From Acidobacteriota bacterium (GTDB lineage Bacteria; Acidobacteriota; Thermoanaerobaculia; Gp7-AA8), in assembly GCA_019244185.1 (NCBI GenBank), contig JAFATB010000022.1, forward strand, positions 384,001-448,000: a stretch of 64,000 bases of DNA, in the 5' to 3' direction. Shown here in pieces: positions 38,297 to 48,679 of the stretch. The stretch's first letter is position 1. Each line of letters starts with the position of its first letter. Position numbers and translations under genes: made by a program. The notes below the pieces were generated by a model, which did no database searches, was not told the origin of the DNA, and saw only the letters and a program-made list of their open reading frames with translations.

Positions 38297-40004
38297 CTAC
38301 CCGTGCGCGCGCCCGGACTCTTCCTGGGAGCGCGCCGGCGGTCGTACGAGACTTCGGACCGCCGCGACGAGCTCCGCTGGTTCGACCGGTTTGCTCATGT
38401 GGGTCTGAAAGCCAGCGGCCACTGCTCGCACGCGATCCACACTGCGCGTGTACGCCGTAAGGGCGATCGCCGGGATGTGAACGGACGGCGGCTCCTGGAG
38501 CCGGATCTTCCGAATGAACGAGTAGCCGTCTTCGCCCGCCATCTCGATGTCGCTGATGATGATGTCCGGCCAGCTTCCGGCCACGATGTTCATCGCCGTC
38601 GCGACATTTTCCGCGGCGTCGACGCGTGCGCCCGCACGGGAGAGGATCGTCGCAGCAGCCTCCGCGAATCGTCGTTGTCCTCGACCACGAGCACGGAGAC
38701 GCCGGTGAGATCGGCGAACTCCTGCGCGGCATCACGCGCGGCGGACAGCTCGATGTGCTGCACCTCACGCTCACCGGGACGATCGTGCGCGATGAGCAGC
38801 GGCAGCCGCACCACGAACGTTGCGCCGCACCCGATGCCGGGACTGAAGGCCTGCACGGTCCCGCCATGCAATTCCACGAGGTGCCGCACAATGCCCAACC
38901 CGAGTCCAAGCCGGCATGAGAACGCGTCGAACTGCTGTCCGCCTGGCTGAAACGGTCGAAGACGAACGGGAGAAAGCTCGGCGCGATTCCTTCACCGGTA
39001 TCGCTCACCGCCAGCTCACAGTGCGAGTTGACGCGTTCGAGCCGCACCTGCACTTTCCCTCCGCGAGGCGTGAACTTGACCGCATTAGAGAGCAGGTTCC
39101 AGATGACCTGCTGGAGCCGGTCGTGATCGCCGGAGACTTGTCCGGCTTCCGAGTCGAGCATTCGCTCGATGCGAATCTCCTTCGCATCCGCGGCAGGTCG
39201 AACGACATCGATGGCGGCTTCGATGACGTCCGCGAGCTCGATCGACTGGACGTTGATGCGCAGCTTCCCGGCATTGATGCGCGAGAAGTCGAGGATGTCC
39301 TCGATGAGCCGGCTCTGTGCACGCGCGTTGCGGTCGATCGTCTCCAGCCCTTCGGCGAGTGATGCCGGATCCTGTTCGAGGTGAAGCAACTGAACCCAGC
39401 CGATGATGCTCGTCAACGGCGTTCGCAGCTCGTGTGACACGGTGGCGAGGAACTCGTCACGCGCGCGCGACGCGGTTTCGGCGACGCCGAGCGCGCGCTG
39501 CAGTTCGGCGCGCGTGGCGTCGAGTTTCGCGGCCAGCGAGTTGGCTTGCGCGGCGGCGTGGCGGGCCATCTCCGCTTCGACGGCTGCGCGAGCTGCCACA
39601 GACTCGCTGCGAAACAGCGCTCCGAACAGCGGCAGGATCTCTCGCAGCAACGGCCACGGCAGCGCAGCGACCGTTTCGCCGACCAGCACGGCCGCGGTGC
39701 CGTCAGGCAGTCCCACGGCATAGGCGTGTCGCGGCTGGCCTTGCGCGTCCACGACCGCTCCCTCCGACGAGCCGCTTTCAATCGCCGCATCGACGAGCCG
39801 CCGCCATGCACGCGTGCCGGGGAGCGTCTGGGGAAACCCAGGCGCCGGGAGCGAACAGCCGACCGCCTCATCACGAATGAAAATGACGAGATCATCGGCG
39901 CCCCAACAATGGGCGAACGCTCTCGCCGCGCGGGTACGGCCGGAACGCTCCGCGAGCGCAACCGCTGCCCTCACCGCCTCGATGGTTTCATCGAGCACGT
40001 CCAC
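38297..40004 (-). pseudogene. Hybrid histidine kinase/receiver, frameshifted
   Basis: SHELRTPL and NLLSNAVKFT in ORF 38127..40004; the G2 box and receiver continue in other frames (38590..38898, 38297..38593), with shifts near 38910 and 38630. Confidence 0.8.
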
Positions 40005-40006
40005 GG

Positions 40007-41100
40007 TTAGTCCGGCAGCAGCGCCACCGTCGCCGTGCAGTTATGAAATCCGCTGAACTGCCCTCCGACCGTGCGATCTGCCCGTACGTGTTGCATCCGG
40101 CGTAGGGCACTTTGCCGAGAGCATGCTGGAGCGCGTCCATCTCGATGCCGAACTCGCCGCCCATGCGCAGCCGCATGGCGACGCAGTCGAAAAAGAGCGC
40201 CACCTCGGGCTCCGTGCCCTGCATGTCGCCGAGGGCGGAACGAACAGCACGAGCCGGCGCCTCCGCTGCGGACTTTGCGGTCGTCTTCATGATGTGCACG
40301 GTCGCCCCGGCGGGAACGTCCGAGGCGCAGGAGATGGCGCCGTTCTCGAGCCGCGAGCGGAACGCGAAGTTTGAAACCCGAGCCGGTGTCGATGCCGAGC
40401 ACGTTGTGCAGGAAGAACGGAATCGGGTCGTTCCGGTCGAAGCGCTGCCCGGTCTTCTCCGCATGCTCTTCGAACGCTTCAGCGGCCGGTGCTGCGTTGA
40501 GGCTGACGACCGTCGAGCCGTCTGCTTCGGTGACCCGCAGCGGCTCGCTGGCCGACTCCCAGCCATGGCTCACCCCGACGCCAATCGGTTTCGTGGAGAG
40601 AATCTCGAGTGCGACGGCAGCGTCCGTGAAGACCGACGTCCCGCAGAAGACGTGCGTCTTCGCGAACTGCGCGTCATCGCGTGCACCGCCGCCGAAGAAG
40701 CGGTAGTTGCCGAGCGTCGCGACGCTGAGCTGCTCGATGAAGTCGTCCGTGTATCCGGCCAGAGCGTCGGCCAGCACCAGGGCGGCGCGATACGGATACT
40801 GATGCGTGGTCAGGCCGGGAAACGATCCAGCGATCTCCGCCGCTGCCGCCCGCCGATCCTGTCGCAGATTGCGGCCGACTCCTGCCGCGAAGCGCATGAC
40901 GTCCGAGCGAATCGCAACGGCCGATGCGGAGCCTTCGCCGCGGTCGCCGCTGACGAACTCTCCGGCAGAGGAAGCCGATGAGCACGCCAGGCGTGCTCGT
41001 CGCATCGATCGCCTGCAGCATCGCCTCATAGTCGTGCCTGGAGGACGCAAAGACGATCACGAGATCGGTGCTTCGCGCGTGCGCAGGATGCGGTGGATTT
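40007..41100 (-). pseudogene. FIST-domain signal protein, multiply frameshifted
   Basis: VFAS, SSAGEF, GGGA, SHGW, FFDC..R, TYGQI, FHNCT motifs spread over three frames; 5' end unclear. Confidence 0.8.
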
Positions 41101-41169
41101 CCGCAGCGTCGACTTCGACGTAGGCGTCGCGTCTGCTGGCCGCCGGGCGAATCCCGTTGCGCCTACCCG

Positions 41170-41553
41170 TCAGGCAGCATCCGGCTGCGCGCACTCTTTC
41201 GCGATCAGCACGAGTTGATCGATGTCGAAGGGCTTCGCGAGCAGACGGCAGATGCGCTGCAGAAACTCGCAGCTCATCCGTCCCGGTGACGCCGTGGTCA
41301 CGACGACGCGGCGCAAATACTTCGGCTGTGTCTGTTCCAGATACCCCAGCAACTGCTCACCGCCGACGTCCGGTAGCATCAGATCGAGGATCAGCAGGTC
41401 GTACGCGATCGCATCCAGCAGTTCGATCGCGGCGGCCCCGCTCTTTACGCCTTCGACCGTGAAGTTCTCGCGCTCCAGGACCACCTTGACGAGATTGAGG
41501 ATGGCTCCGTCGTCTTCCACGACCAAGGCACGGTAGGATGATCGGCGCTCCAT
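41170..41553 (-). CDS. Single-domain response regulator
   Basis: LVVEDD, LDLMLP, KPF. Confidence 0.88.
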   Translation of the reverse strand: MERRSSYRALVVEDDGAILNLVKVVLERENFTVEGVKSGAAAIELLDAIAYDLLILDLMLPDVGGEQLLGYLEQTQPKYLRRVVVTTASPGRMSCEFLQRICRLLAKPFDIDQLVLIAKECAQPDAA

Positions 41554-41645
41554 GCGTGTGGATGCAGCAAGACCGTTGCCGCCGTGCGTCGGAGAGGGTG
41601 ACCAACATCCAATGAAACGCCGCCCGCCTCGGCGCGTGCAGAGCG

Positions 41646-42002
41646 TCAGCCGCCGGCGGCCGTGCGCAGGACTTCTTCGATGCGGTCGAGATCGAACGGC
41701 TTCTGCAGCACGACGGTGTCGCCGGGAAATCGATCCGTGAAGTAGCGCGCGATCGCGGAAAAGACGATGACCTTCGGCAATCGGTCGAGGCTCCGGATGG
41801 CCTCCGCAACAGCGAAGCCGTTGGCCTTCGGAAGCATCAGGTCCAGCAGCACGACGTCATACGAGCCAGCACGAACCATCTCGATCGCAGCTTCACCGTC
41901 TCCGGCGACATCGACCGAGCTGCAGTGTTTGCGCAGAACCGCCTGTAGCAATCGCTGAACGCTGTCATCGTCCTCGACGATCAGCGCCGCACATTTCGTC
42001 AT
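41646..42002 (-). CDS. Single-domain response regulator
   Basis: LIVEDD, LDLMLP, KPF. Confidence 0.88.
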   Translation of the reverse strand: MTKCAALIVEDDDSVQRLLQAVLRKHCSSVDVAGDGEAAIEMVRAGSYDVVLLDLMLPKANGFAVAEAIRSLDRLPKVIVFSAIARYFTDRFPGDTVVLQKPFDLDRIEEVLRTAAGG

Positions 42003-42150
42003 CCACCCCTCCGCCCGGCGGGGACCCGGACCCGCTGAAGCTGGCGTTCACCATTGCAGGATGCGTGTCACCACGCTTCGATCTGAGCGGCTCGGTCCTC
42101 AGCTACGACTGGCGGCGCGACAAAGTCGCGCCGCCAGTGCGCCGATTGCT

Positions 42151-42987
42151 CTACTCGCTCGCTTTGCCGACTTGCGTTTCGCGGTCGCTCACCTTGAGGC
42201 GGTTGTGCACGTCGTGCACGCCGCCGCACGAATGGGCGATGTCGTCGGCGAGGCGCTTCTCCCAGCGGCTGCCGACGTGACCGGTGAGCGTGACCTCGCC
42301 GTTCTCCACGCTGACTTCGATGTCGGTGGCGTCGATGCCGTCGTGCTCGGTGAGGAGCTCGTTCACGATCTCGCGGATGCGCTCGTCGGAGCGGCGCCAG
42401 TTCTTCGGTCCGCGTCCGCGATAGCTCTCTCTCGCGGCGCCGCGGTCGCCGCGGTCACCGCCGTAGGCTGCCGCGCTGCCGCCGAGGCTGTCGTCGCCGT
42501 AGGTGCTGCGGGTCTGAGCGGGACCGTAGCCGACGCTGGCGACGCCGCGTCCACGCGAGCCGCTGCCCGCCCAGTCGCCGGACGCGCCGGTGCCGCCCCA
42601 GCGATCGTTCGCGTTGCCGCGGCCGGAATCGCCGCCGCGGTTGTAGTCGTCGCGGTTGGTGTCGTTGCGTGACGTTCCGCCGCGCGAGAAGAACGCGTCG
42701 CGATCGTAGTCGTTGCGTCCGAAATCCTCGCGGCCGGAATCGCCGCGCGTGTCGTAGTTGCCGCGGCCGCCGCCATCGCCGCGCGTGAACTCGTCGCGCG
42801 CGTAGTCATCGCGCGAACCGCCGCCGCTCCAGCCGCCCTCGCGGCCGTAGTCGTCGCGTGAGCCGCCGCCGCTCCAGCCGCCGTCGCGGGCGTAATCACC
42901 GCCGAAGTTGCTGCGCGTGCCGAACGGGCCGCCTGAAAATTCTCCGCGATCGCGCTCGTCACGGTCGCGGTCGTATCGATTGGGCAT
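42151..42987 (-). CDS. BON-domain protein with long R/G/D low-complexity N-terminus
   Basis: AGGAGGAG SD; [16 protein letters not shown]...GEVTLTGHV...VHNRL. Confidence 0.88.
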   Translation of the reverse strand: MPNRYDRDRDERDRGEFSGGPFGTRSNFGGDYARDGGWSGGGSRDDYGREGGWSGGGSRDDYARDEFTRGDGGGRGNYDTRGDSGREDFGRNDYDRDAFFSRGGTSRNDTNRDDYNRGGDSGRGNANDRWGGTGASGDWAGSGSRGRGVASVGYGPAQTRSTYGDDSLGGSAAAYGGDRGDRGAARESYRGRGPKNWRRSDERIREIVNELLTEHDGIDATDIEVSVENGEVTLTGHVGSRWEKRLADDIAHSCGGVHDVHNRLKVSDRETQVGKASE

Positions 42988-43050
42988 AACTCCTCCTTCT
43001 GCACGATCTGCTGTGCAATGAGCGTGCATCGATCGCGGTTGCGAAACGGC

Positions 43051-43305
43051 GTGACCGAATGCCGCGCCGGCTGCGGAGCCTGCTGCACCGCGCCCTCGAT
43101 CTCGTCGCCGATTCCGGGCATGCCGCACGGCAAACCGGCGGGCGTGCGCTGCATCCACTTGACGGCGGAGCTCCGCTGCGCGATCTTCGCGCATCCCGAG
43201 CGTCCTGCCGTCTGCGCGAGCCTGCAGCCGTCGCGCGAGATGTGCGGGTCGGACGCGCGGGAGGCGTACGCGTATCTCGCGCGTCTCGAACGCAGCACGC
43301 GATGA
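43051..43305 (+). CDS. YkgJ-family CxxCxxCC cysteine-cluster protein
   Basis: [23 protein letters not shown]. Confidence 0.88.
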   Translation: MTECRAGCGACCTAPSISSPIPGMPHGKPAGVRCIHLTAELRCAIFAHPERPAVCASLQPSREMCGSDAREAYAYLARLERSTR

Positions 43306-43838
43306 ACATCCGCCGCGCGACGACCGACGATGCCGCGACGCTCGCCGAGCTCGGGCGGCGGACGTTCATCGACGCCTTCGGCGCGGACAATCATCCCGAC
43401 GATCTCGCGCTCTACCTCGCGCGCACGTACGGCGAGCCGCAGCAGCAACGCGAGCTCGCCGATCCCGACATCCTCACGCTCGTCGCCGAGCAAGACGGAC
43501 GCGCGATCGCGTTCGTACAAATGCGCCGCGGAGGCGAGCCGCCGCCGTGCGTCGACGGGCCCGCGCCCGTCGAGATCGCGCGCTTCTACGTCGACCGCGC
43601 GTTTCATGGACGCGGCGTCGCGCAGGCGCTGATGCGCGCCGCCTGCGACGCCGCAATCACGCACCTCGGCGGCGCGACGATCTGGCTCGGCGTCTGGGAG
43701 CGCAACCCGCGCGCGATCGCGTTCTACGGCAAGTGCGGCTTCGTCGACGTAGGCTCGCACCTGTTTCTCCTCGGCAACGACCTGCAGACGGACCGGCTCA
43801 TGGTGCGCTCCGCGTCGCAGCCGTGGAGTACGATCTGA
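43302..43838 (+). CDS. GNAT acetyltransferase (PaiA-like)
   Basis: [28 protein letters not shown]. Confidence 0.9.
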   Translation: MNIRRATTDDAATLAELGRRTFIDAFGADNHPDDLALYLARTYGEPQQQRELADPDILTLVAEQDGRAIAFVQMRRGGEPPPCVDGPAPVEIARFYVDRAFHGRGVAQALMRAACDAAITHLGGATIWLGVWERNPRAIAFYGKCGFVDVGSHLFLLGNDLQTDRLMVRSASQPWSTI

Positions 43839-43848
43839 CGCGACACCG

Positions 43849-44160
43849 ATGACCCTCTACCTCGAAGCGACGCTGCTCCTGCTTCCGACCGACACGGGCG
43901 GCCGCGCGGCCGCGGTGGAGCCGCGCGCCGGTTCGTACCTGCCGTATCTGCGCGCCGGCGGCCGCACGACGCGCGCGCGGCTGATCGAAGGTCCGCCGCG
44001 ACTCGCGCCGGGCGACGCCGCGCAGGTCGTCTTCGAGATCGAAGAGCACGCCGCCGCGGACGTGCATCCCGGCGCGGAGCTCGCGCTCCTCGAGCGCGAC
44101 GCACGCGTCGTCGGCAGCGTCACCGTTTTGCGCGTCTGGGGGCGCGCTCTCGCCGTATGA
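43849..44160 (+). CDS. Small protein resembling EF-Tu domain III
   Basis: LLPTDTGGR...YLP...PGD...ERDARVVGSVTV parallels EF-Tu LxKEEGGR...YRP...PGD...REGGRTVGAG. Confidence 0.55.
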   Translation: MTLYLEATLLLLPTDTGGRAAAVEPRAGSYLPYLRAGGRTTRARLIEGPPRLAPGDAAQVVFEIEEHAAADVHPGAELALLERDARVVGSVTVLRVWGRALAV

Positions 44161-44636
44161 AAACGCTCGCGTTCTGTTCGCTTCTCCTCCTCGCCATCGG
44201 CTGCTCCTCATCGTCGAACACCGATCTCCTCGACCATCGCACGCTGCAGTGCGAAGCTGGCGACGACCTCGCCATCCAGGCCGGTCTTGAAGCGCCGACG
44301 CAGTCGACGAACGAGGCGTTCACCGGCTCGCTGACGATGCTCGTCAACGTCACGAACAACTCCCATCAGGACTACACGATCACCGCGATCCGCATCGATC
44401 CGGCGCAGAGCAGCAACGACAGCACCTACGACCTCATCAGCGCGTACCAGAAGGTGAATCAGGTGATCCCCGAAAACGAGGAGCACCTGTTCCGCCTGCC
44501 GGTGAGCGGCCGTTCGCGCGGGTCTGCGTTCAGTCGGGAGCATGGCCGCCAGGGCGTGCCGTTCGTGCTGACCGTGCTCGCGTCGAACGGGGACCAGTAC
44601 CGCTGCCAGTTCTCCGTGCCGGATCCTTCGTTCTAG
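44157..44636 (+). CDS. Hypothetical lipoprotein
   Basis: MKTL...LAIGC lipobox; ATGA overlap with the previous gene. Confidence 0.75.
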   Translation: MKTLAFCSLLLLAIGCSSSSNTDLLDHRTLQCEAGDDLAIQAGLEAPTQSTNEAFTGSLTMLVNVTNNSHQDYTITAIRIDPAQSSNDSTYDLISAYQKVNQVIPENEEHLFRLPVSGRSRGSAFSREHGRQGVPFVLTVLASNGDQYRCQFSVPDPSF

Positions 44637-45036
44637 GGTCCGCGCGGCGGGCGGTGGGGATCAGGTCGCCGAGGTAGGTGACGGCGAGCGTGTGATCGGG
44701 CTCGATGCCGGCGAGCGTCGCGCGCGCGTAGCCGCGCAGCACGAGCTCGCGGTTGATGAACAGCGCGTCGGGCGAGCGGTAGACGAGGAACGTGCCGTCG
44801 CCGGCGGGCTCGACGAGCACCCAAGACGACGGCTGCAGCGTCCAGCGCAACAGCTCGTGCGCGCGCAGCTCGTCGGAGATCGCGACGCCGCCGATGTGGA
44901 TCGACTCGCGCGCGCCGTTGCGCTCGATCGTGATCGTCCGCGCATCATCGACGGACACGACGCGCACCATGGCAGCCTCGGCGGAAACGGAAGCGAAGAG
45001 AAACAGGATGAAATACGTGCTCAGAAGTTTGTGCAT
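44530..45036 (-). CDS. Secreted thermonuclease (SNase)-like protein, probably degenerate
   Basis: Signal peptide; VVSVDDARTI and INRELVLRGYA resemble SNase motifs; 3' end overlaps the convergent gene. Confidence 0.55.
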   Translation of the reverse strand: MHKLLSTYFILFLFASVSAEAAMVRVVSVDDARTITIERNGARESIHIGGVAISDELRAHELLRWTLQPSSWVLVEPAGDGTFLVYRSPDALFINRELVLRGYARATLAGIEPDHTLAVTYLGDLIPTARRADPRTKDPARRTGSGTGPRSTRARSARTARPGGHAPD

Positions 45037-45202
45037 GGACTCGTTGCGGGTCGCGGAGACGAGCATCGAGTGCGCGCGGAAAGGCGCGGATCGGAGGGAA
45101 CGCGCGAGAGGATAGCACGACTTTACACGTTTCTCGCTAATTCGTTGATACGGCAGAGTTTCAGTGGCACTTTCCTCGCAAAATAGAAGCGTGGGAGGAC
45201 AC

Positions 45203-45571
45203 ATGGAAACCATCACAATGCCCAGCGGCAGCGAAGTCGAATCGGCGGCGTTTCATCCCGCGGTTCACGGCGTTGCAGCTTGTCCGACCGCGCATGCTCC
45301 CGGCATCCGCGGCCGTGTCGAACACCTCGAAGAACAAGGAATGGCGCGCGTGCGCGGCTGGAAACGTTCGCTCGCGACGCGCGGCAGCATGCTGAAGATC
45401 GATGCGAACGAGCGCGTGGCCACCATGCAGCGTTCGATGGGAACCAAACCGATGTTCTGGGCCGGCATCGCCGCCGGCGCGGGCTTCGGCGTCGGACTCG
45501 TCGGCCGCATCCTGCATGTGCGGCGGACCCGCCCCATGCCGGAGCTGATCGTCATCGACGCCACCTGCTGA
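45203..45571 (+). CDS. Hypothetical protein with C-terminal TM segment (DUF883-like tail)
   Basis: GGGAGG SD; KPMFWAGIAAGAGFGVGLVGR. Confidence 0.6.
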   Translation: METITMPSGSEVESAAFHPAVHGVAACPTAHAPGIRGRVEHLEEQGMARVRGWKRSLATRGSMLKIDANERVATMQRSMGTKPMFWAGIAAGAGFGVGLVGRILHVRRTRPMPELIVIDATC

Positions 45572-45804
45572 TTGCGCGCGTGCTGCGCGGCCTTGACGCC
45601 GCGCAGCGCGCTTCCTGCCACCGCGCGTCCTCGCCGCGCCTAACCTTTCCCACTTCATCGCGTCTGCGAAGCCGATGCGCGTGACGGTTCCGCCACAGCT
45701 TTCCGTTGACGAAGAGGAGTTCGCTCGGCACGATGTGCGTGCACGCCGCGACGACGAACCGCCGCGCGGCGACGCGGGGTCGGTTGACGCCGTAAACAGC
45801 ACGC

Positions 45805-46350
45805 ATGCGAAACACGAGCGAACGCATTCTCGACATCGCCGAGGAGATCTATCGGGCGGAGGGAGCGGAGACGCTCTCGATGCGCGGCGTGGCGGACCAG
45901 CTGGGGCTCTCCGCGACGGCGCTCTATCGCCACTACGACTCGAAGGAAGCGCTGCTCGACGCGGTGGCCGAGCGCGGCTTCCTCGAGCTCGCGGGCGCGT
46001 TCCAGCGCAGCAGCAGCCGCGAGCCGCGCGAGCGGCTGCGCGCGATCTTCGACGCCTTCCGCAACTTCGCCGTGAAGAAGCCGGCGCTTTTCGATCTCAT
46101 GTTCTTCAGCCGCCGCAGCGGCGCGCGGCTGTTTCCGTCCGCGCTTCGCGCCGGTGCCTCGCCGAGCGGCTCGGTGCTGACGGACGTGCTCACGGAGATG
46201 GGCGTCGACGACCCGGTCGAAATCGGCCTGCTCTTCTGGTCGACCGCGCAGGGACTGATCTCGCTCTATCGCGCCGGACGCTTCGAGAGCGAGCGGGCGT
46301 TCCGCCGCTCGTGGGACGGCTGCTTCCAGCGATTGCTGGCCACTGTCTGA
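45805..46350 (+). CDS. TetR/AcrR-family regulator
   Basis: LSMRGVADQLGLSATALYRHYDSKEAL; GTTGAC-N3-GTAAAC inverted repeat at 45783-45797 may be its operator. Confidence 0.92.
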   Translation: MRNTSERILDIAEEIYRAEGAETLSMRGVADQLGLSATALYRHYDSKEALLDAVAERGFLELAGAFQRSSSREPRERLRAIFDAFRNFAVKKPALFDLMFFSRRSGARLFPSALRAGASPSGSVLTDVLTEMGVDDPVEIGLLFWSTAQGLISLYRAGRFESERAFRRSWDGCFQRLLATV

Positions 46351-46362
46351 AAGCGGGCGATC

Positions 46363-46389
46363 TGAAACCTTTTTTCGCCATTTACGAAC
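46363..46389 (+). promoter_or_regulatory. ECF-sigma-type promoter
   Basis: TGAAAC-N16-CGAAC ending 8 nt before ATG 46398. Confidence 0.55.
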
Positions 46390-46397
46390 TGCTTCGT

Positions 46398-48623
46398 ATG
46401 CGACGAATGGGGTTGATGTTGTGGGCTCTTCTTCTGCTCGTGCGAACCGCCGCGGCGGCCGATGCGCCGGTGGCGCTCGTGAAGACGACCGGCGCGATCA
46501 CGATCGACGGCGATCTCTCCGATCCCGCGTGGAAGAACGCCACGAAGTTCGAGACGTGGTACGAGACGAACGTCGGCGACAACGTCACGCCCGACGTGCG
46601 CACCGTCGGCTACGTCACCTACGACAGCCACTTCCTCTACATCGCCATCGACATGGAAGATCCGCGTCCGGCGGACATCCGCGCGCCGTTCGGCGATCAC
46701 GATCAGATCAGCGGCAACAGCGACGACTTCGCCGGCGTCATCATCGACACGCGCAACGACGGCAAGACCGGCTACGAGTTCTTCGTCACCGCGCGCGGCG
46801 TGCAATACGACGCGGTGCAGGACGACTCGAGCGGCAACGAGGATTCGTCGCCCGACTTCTTCTGGGACGCGGTGAGCCGCATCGACGCGCGCGGCTGGAC
46901 CACCGAGATCCGCATCCCGTTCTCGTCGCTGCGCTACGACAGCGCGAACCCGACGCAGTGGGGTTTCGATCTCTATCGCAACCGGCCGCGCGATCGCCGC
47001 TATCAGATCTTCACGAGCCGCAATCCGCGCAACGCGAACTGCTTCGTCTGCAACTTCAACAAGGTCACGGGACTCACCGATCTCCCGACCGGCAATCATC
47101 TCGTCGCCGCGCCGTACGTCACCGCGCAGCAGATCGGTGACCGCCCCAACGGTCTCATCACCGATCGCTTCGTGAACCACGACGTCGGCGGTGAGGCGGG
47201 CCTCGATCTGAAGTGGAGCCCCACGGCGGACATGGCCGTCGACGCGACCATCAATCCCGATTTCTCGCAGATCGAATCGGACGTCGCGGTGATCTCGACG
47301 AACGAGCGCTTCGCGATCTTCGTCCCCGAAAAGCGGCCATTTTTCCTCGAGGGCGTGGAGCTCTTTACGACGCCGATCCAGGCCGTCTACACGCGCACGA
47401 TCACGTCGCCGCGCTGGGGCGCGCGCACGACCGGACGCAAGGGCGATTACGCGTACACCGTGCTCGTGACGGAAGACCGCGGCGGCGGCGACGTCATCGT
47501 GCCGTCGGCCTTCGGCTCCGATTTCGGGCAGCAGGATTTCTCGTCGCTCGTCGGCATCGCCCGCGTGCGCCGCGATTTCGGCAAGTCCTTCATCTCGTTC
47601 CTCGGCACGACGCGCAATGAAGAAGGGGGCGCGTACAACCGCGTCTTCGGCCCCGACTTCCAATGGCGTGTCAGCGAAGGCGACGTCGTCACCGGCCAGC
47701 TGCTCTTCAGCCAGAGCCAGACGCCCGATCGTCCGGACCTCAACGCGGAATGGGACGGCCGCAGTCTCGGCGGACACGCCGCGTACGCCGTCTTCAATCA
47801 CACGCGCGCGAAGTGGGATTACTACATCAACTATCACGACTACAGCGACGACTTCCGCGCCGATAACGGCTTCGTGCCGCAGGTCGGCTGGCGCGGCAGC
47901 TATACCGAAGGCGGACGCACGTTCCGTCCGACCGGCTTCTTCAACCGCATCCGCACGTATGCATTCGGCGAGTATCAGGAGACGCAGGACGGCCATCTGC
48001 TGTACCGCCAGGCGTCGACCGGCTTCGGCGCCGACGGCCGCTGGCGCTCGTTCACGCGCCTGCGCTACGCGCGCGAGTCCGTCGCCGTCGAGCGCGGCAA
48101 GGTGCTGGACATGGACCGCCTCTACTACACGCTGCAGTTCGGCCTGAGCAACATCCTCAGCCAGCTGACGCTCGACGGCTGGCTCGGCGACGACATCGAC
48201 TTCACGAACCAGCGTCTCGGCCGCGGCGCGAACGTGACTCTCGAAGCGTCCGTGCGTCCGTCGCTGCATCTGCAGCTCGCGTTCACGAACCAGGTGCGCT
48301 GGCTCAACGTCGCCGGCGACCGCCTCTTCACCGCGCAGGTCGAGCGCGTGCGCGCGACGTACACGTTCAATCCGCGCATGTTTCTCCGCACGATCGTCCA
48401 GAACGACCGCACGCACCGCGACGTCGCGCTCTACGGCTTCACCGACGACGACCGCTTCACCGGTTCGCTCGCCGCACAAATGCTCTTCGCCTACAAACTG
48501 AACTGGCAGACCGTCGCCTACATCGGCTTCGGCAACCTGCAGGACGCCGTCGGCTCGAGCGGAGACCTCATTCGCGGCAGCCGCCAGGTCTTCGCGAAGC
48601 TGAGCTACGCGTTTCAGCGGTAG
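46398..48623 (+). CDS. CBM9-like + DUF5916-like outer-membrane protein (paralog of 28160..30313)
   Basis: IDGDLSDPAW, WTTEIRIP, TINPDFSQIESD, PEKRPFFLEG, FAKLSYAF. Confidence 0.88.
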   Translation: MRRMGLMLWALLLLVRTAAAADAPVALVKTTGAITIDGDLSDPAWKNATKFETWYETNVGDNVTPDVRTVGYVTYDSHFLYIAIDMEDPRPADIRAPFGDHDQISGNSDDFAGVIIDTRNDGKTGYEFFVTARGVQYDAVQDDSSGNEDSSPDFFWDAVSRIDARGWTTEIRIPFSSLRYDSANPTQWGFDLYRNRPRDRRYQIFTSRNPRNANCFVCNFNKVTGLTDLPTGNHLVAAPYVTAQQIGDRPNGLITDRFVNHDVGGEAGLDLKWSPTADMAVDATINPDFSQIESDVAVISTNERFAIFVPEKRPFFLEGVELFTTPIQAVYTRTITSPRWGARTTGRKGDYAYTVLVTEDRGGGDVIVPSAFGSDFGQQDFSSLVGIARVRRDFGKSFISFLGTTRNEEGGAYNRVFGPDFQWRVSEGDVVTGQLLFSQSQTPDRPDLNAEWDGRSLGGHAAYAVFNHTRAKWDYYINYHDYSDDFRADNGFVPQVGWRGSYTEGGRTFRPTGFFNRIRTYAFGEYQETQDGHLLYRQASTGFGADGRWRSFTRLRYARESVAVERGKVLDMDRLYYTLQFGLSNILSQLTLDGWLGDDIDFTNQRLGRGANVTLEASVRPSLHLQLAFTNQVRWLNVAGDRLFTAQVERVRATYTFNPRMFLRTIVQNDRTHRDVALYGFTDDDRFTGSLAAQMLFAYKLNWQTVAYIGFGNLQDAVGSSGDLIRGSRQVFAKLSYAFQR

Positions 48624-48679
48624 GGAAAGTCGCGCCGCGTCGCGGTATCCTTCGCCGAAAATTCGGTTCAGGAGCTCGC

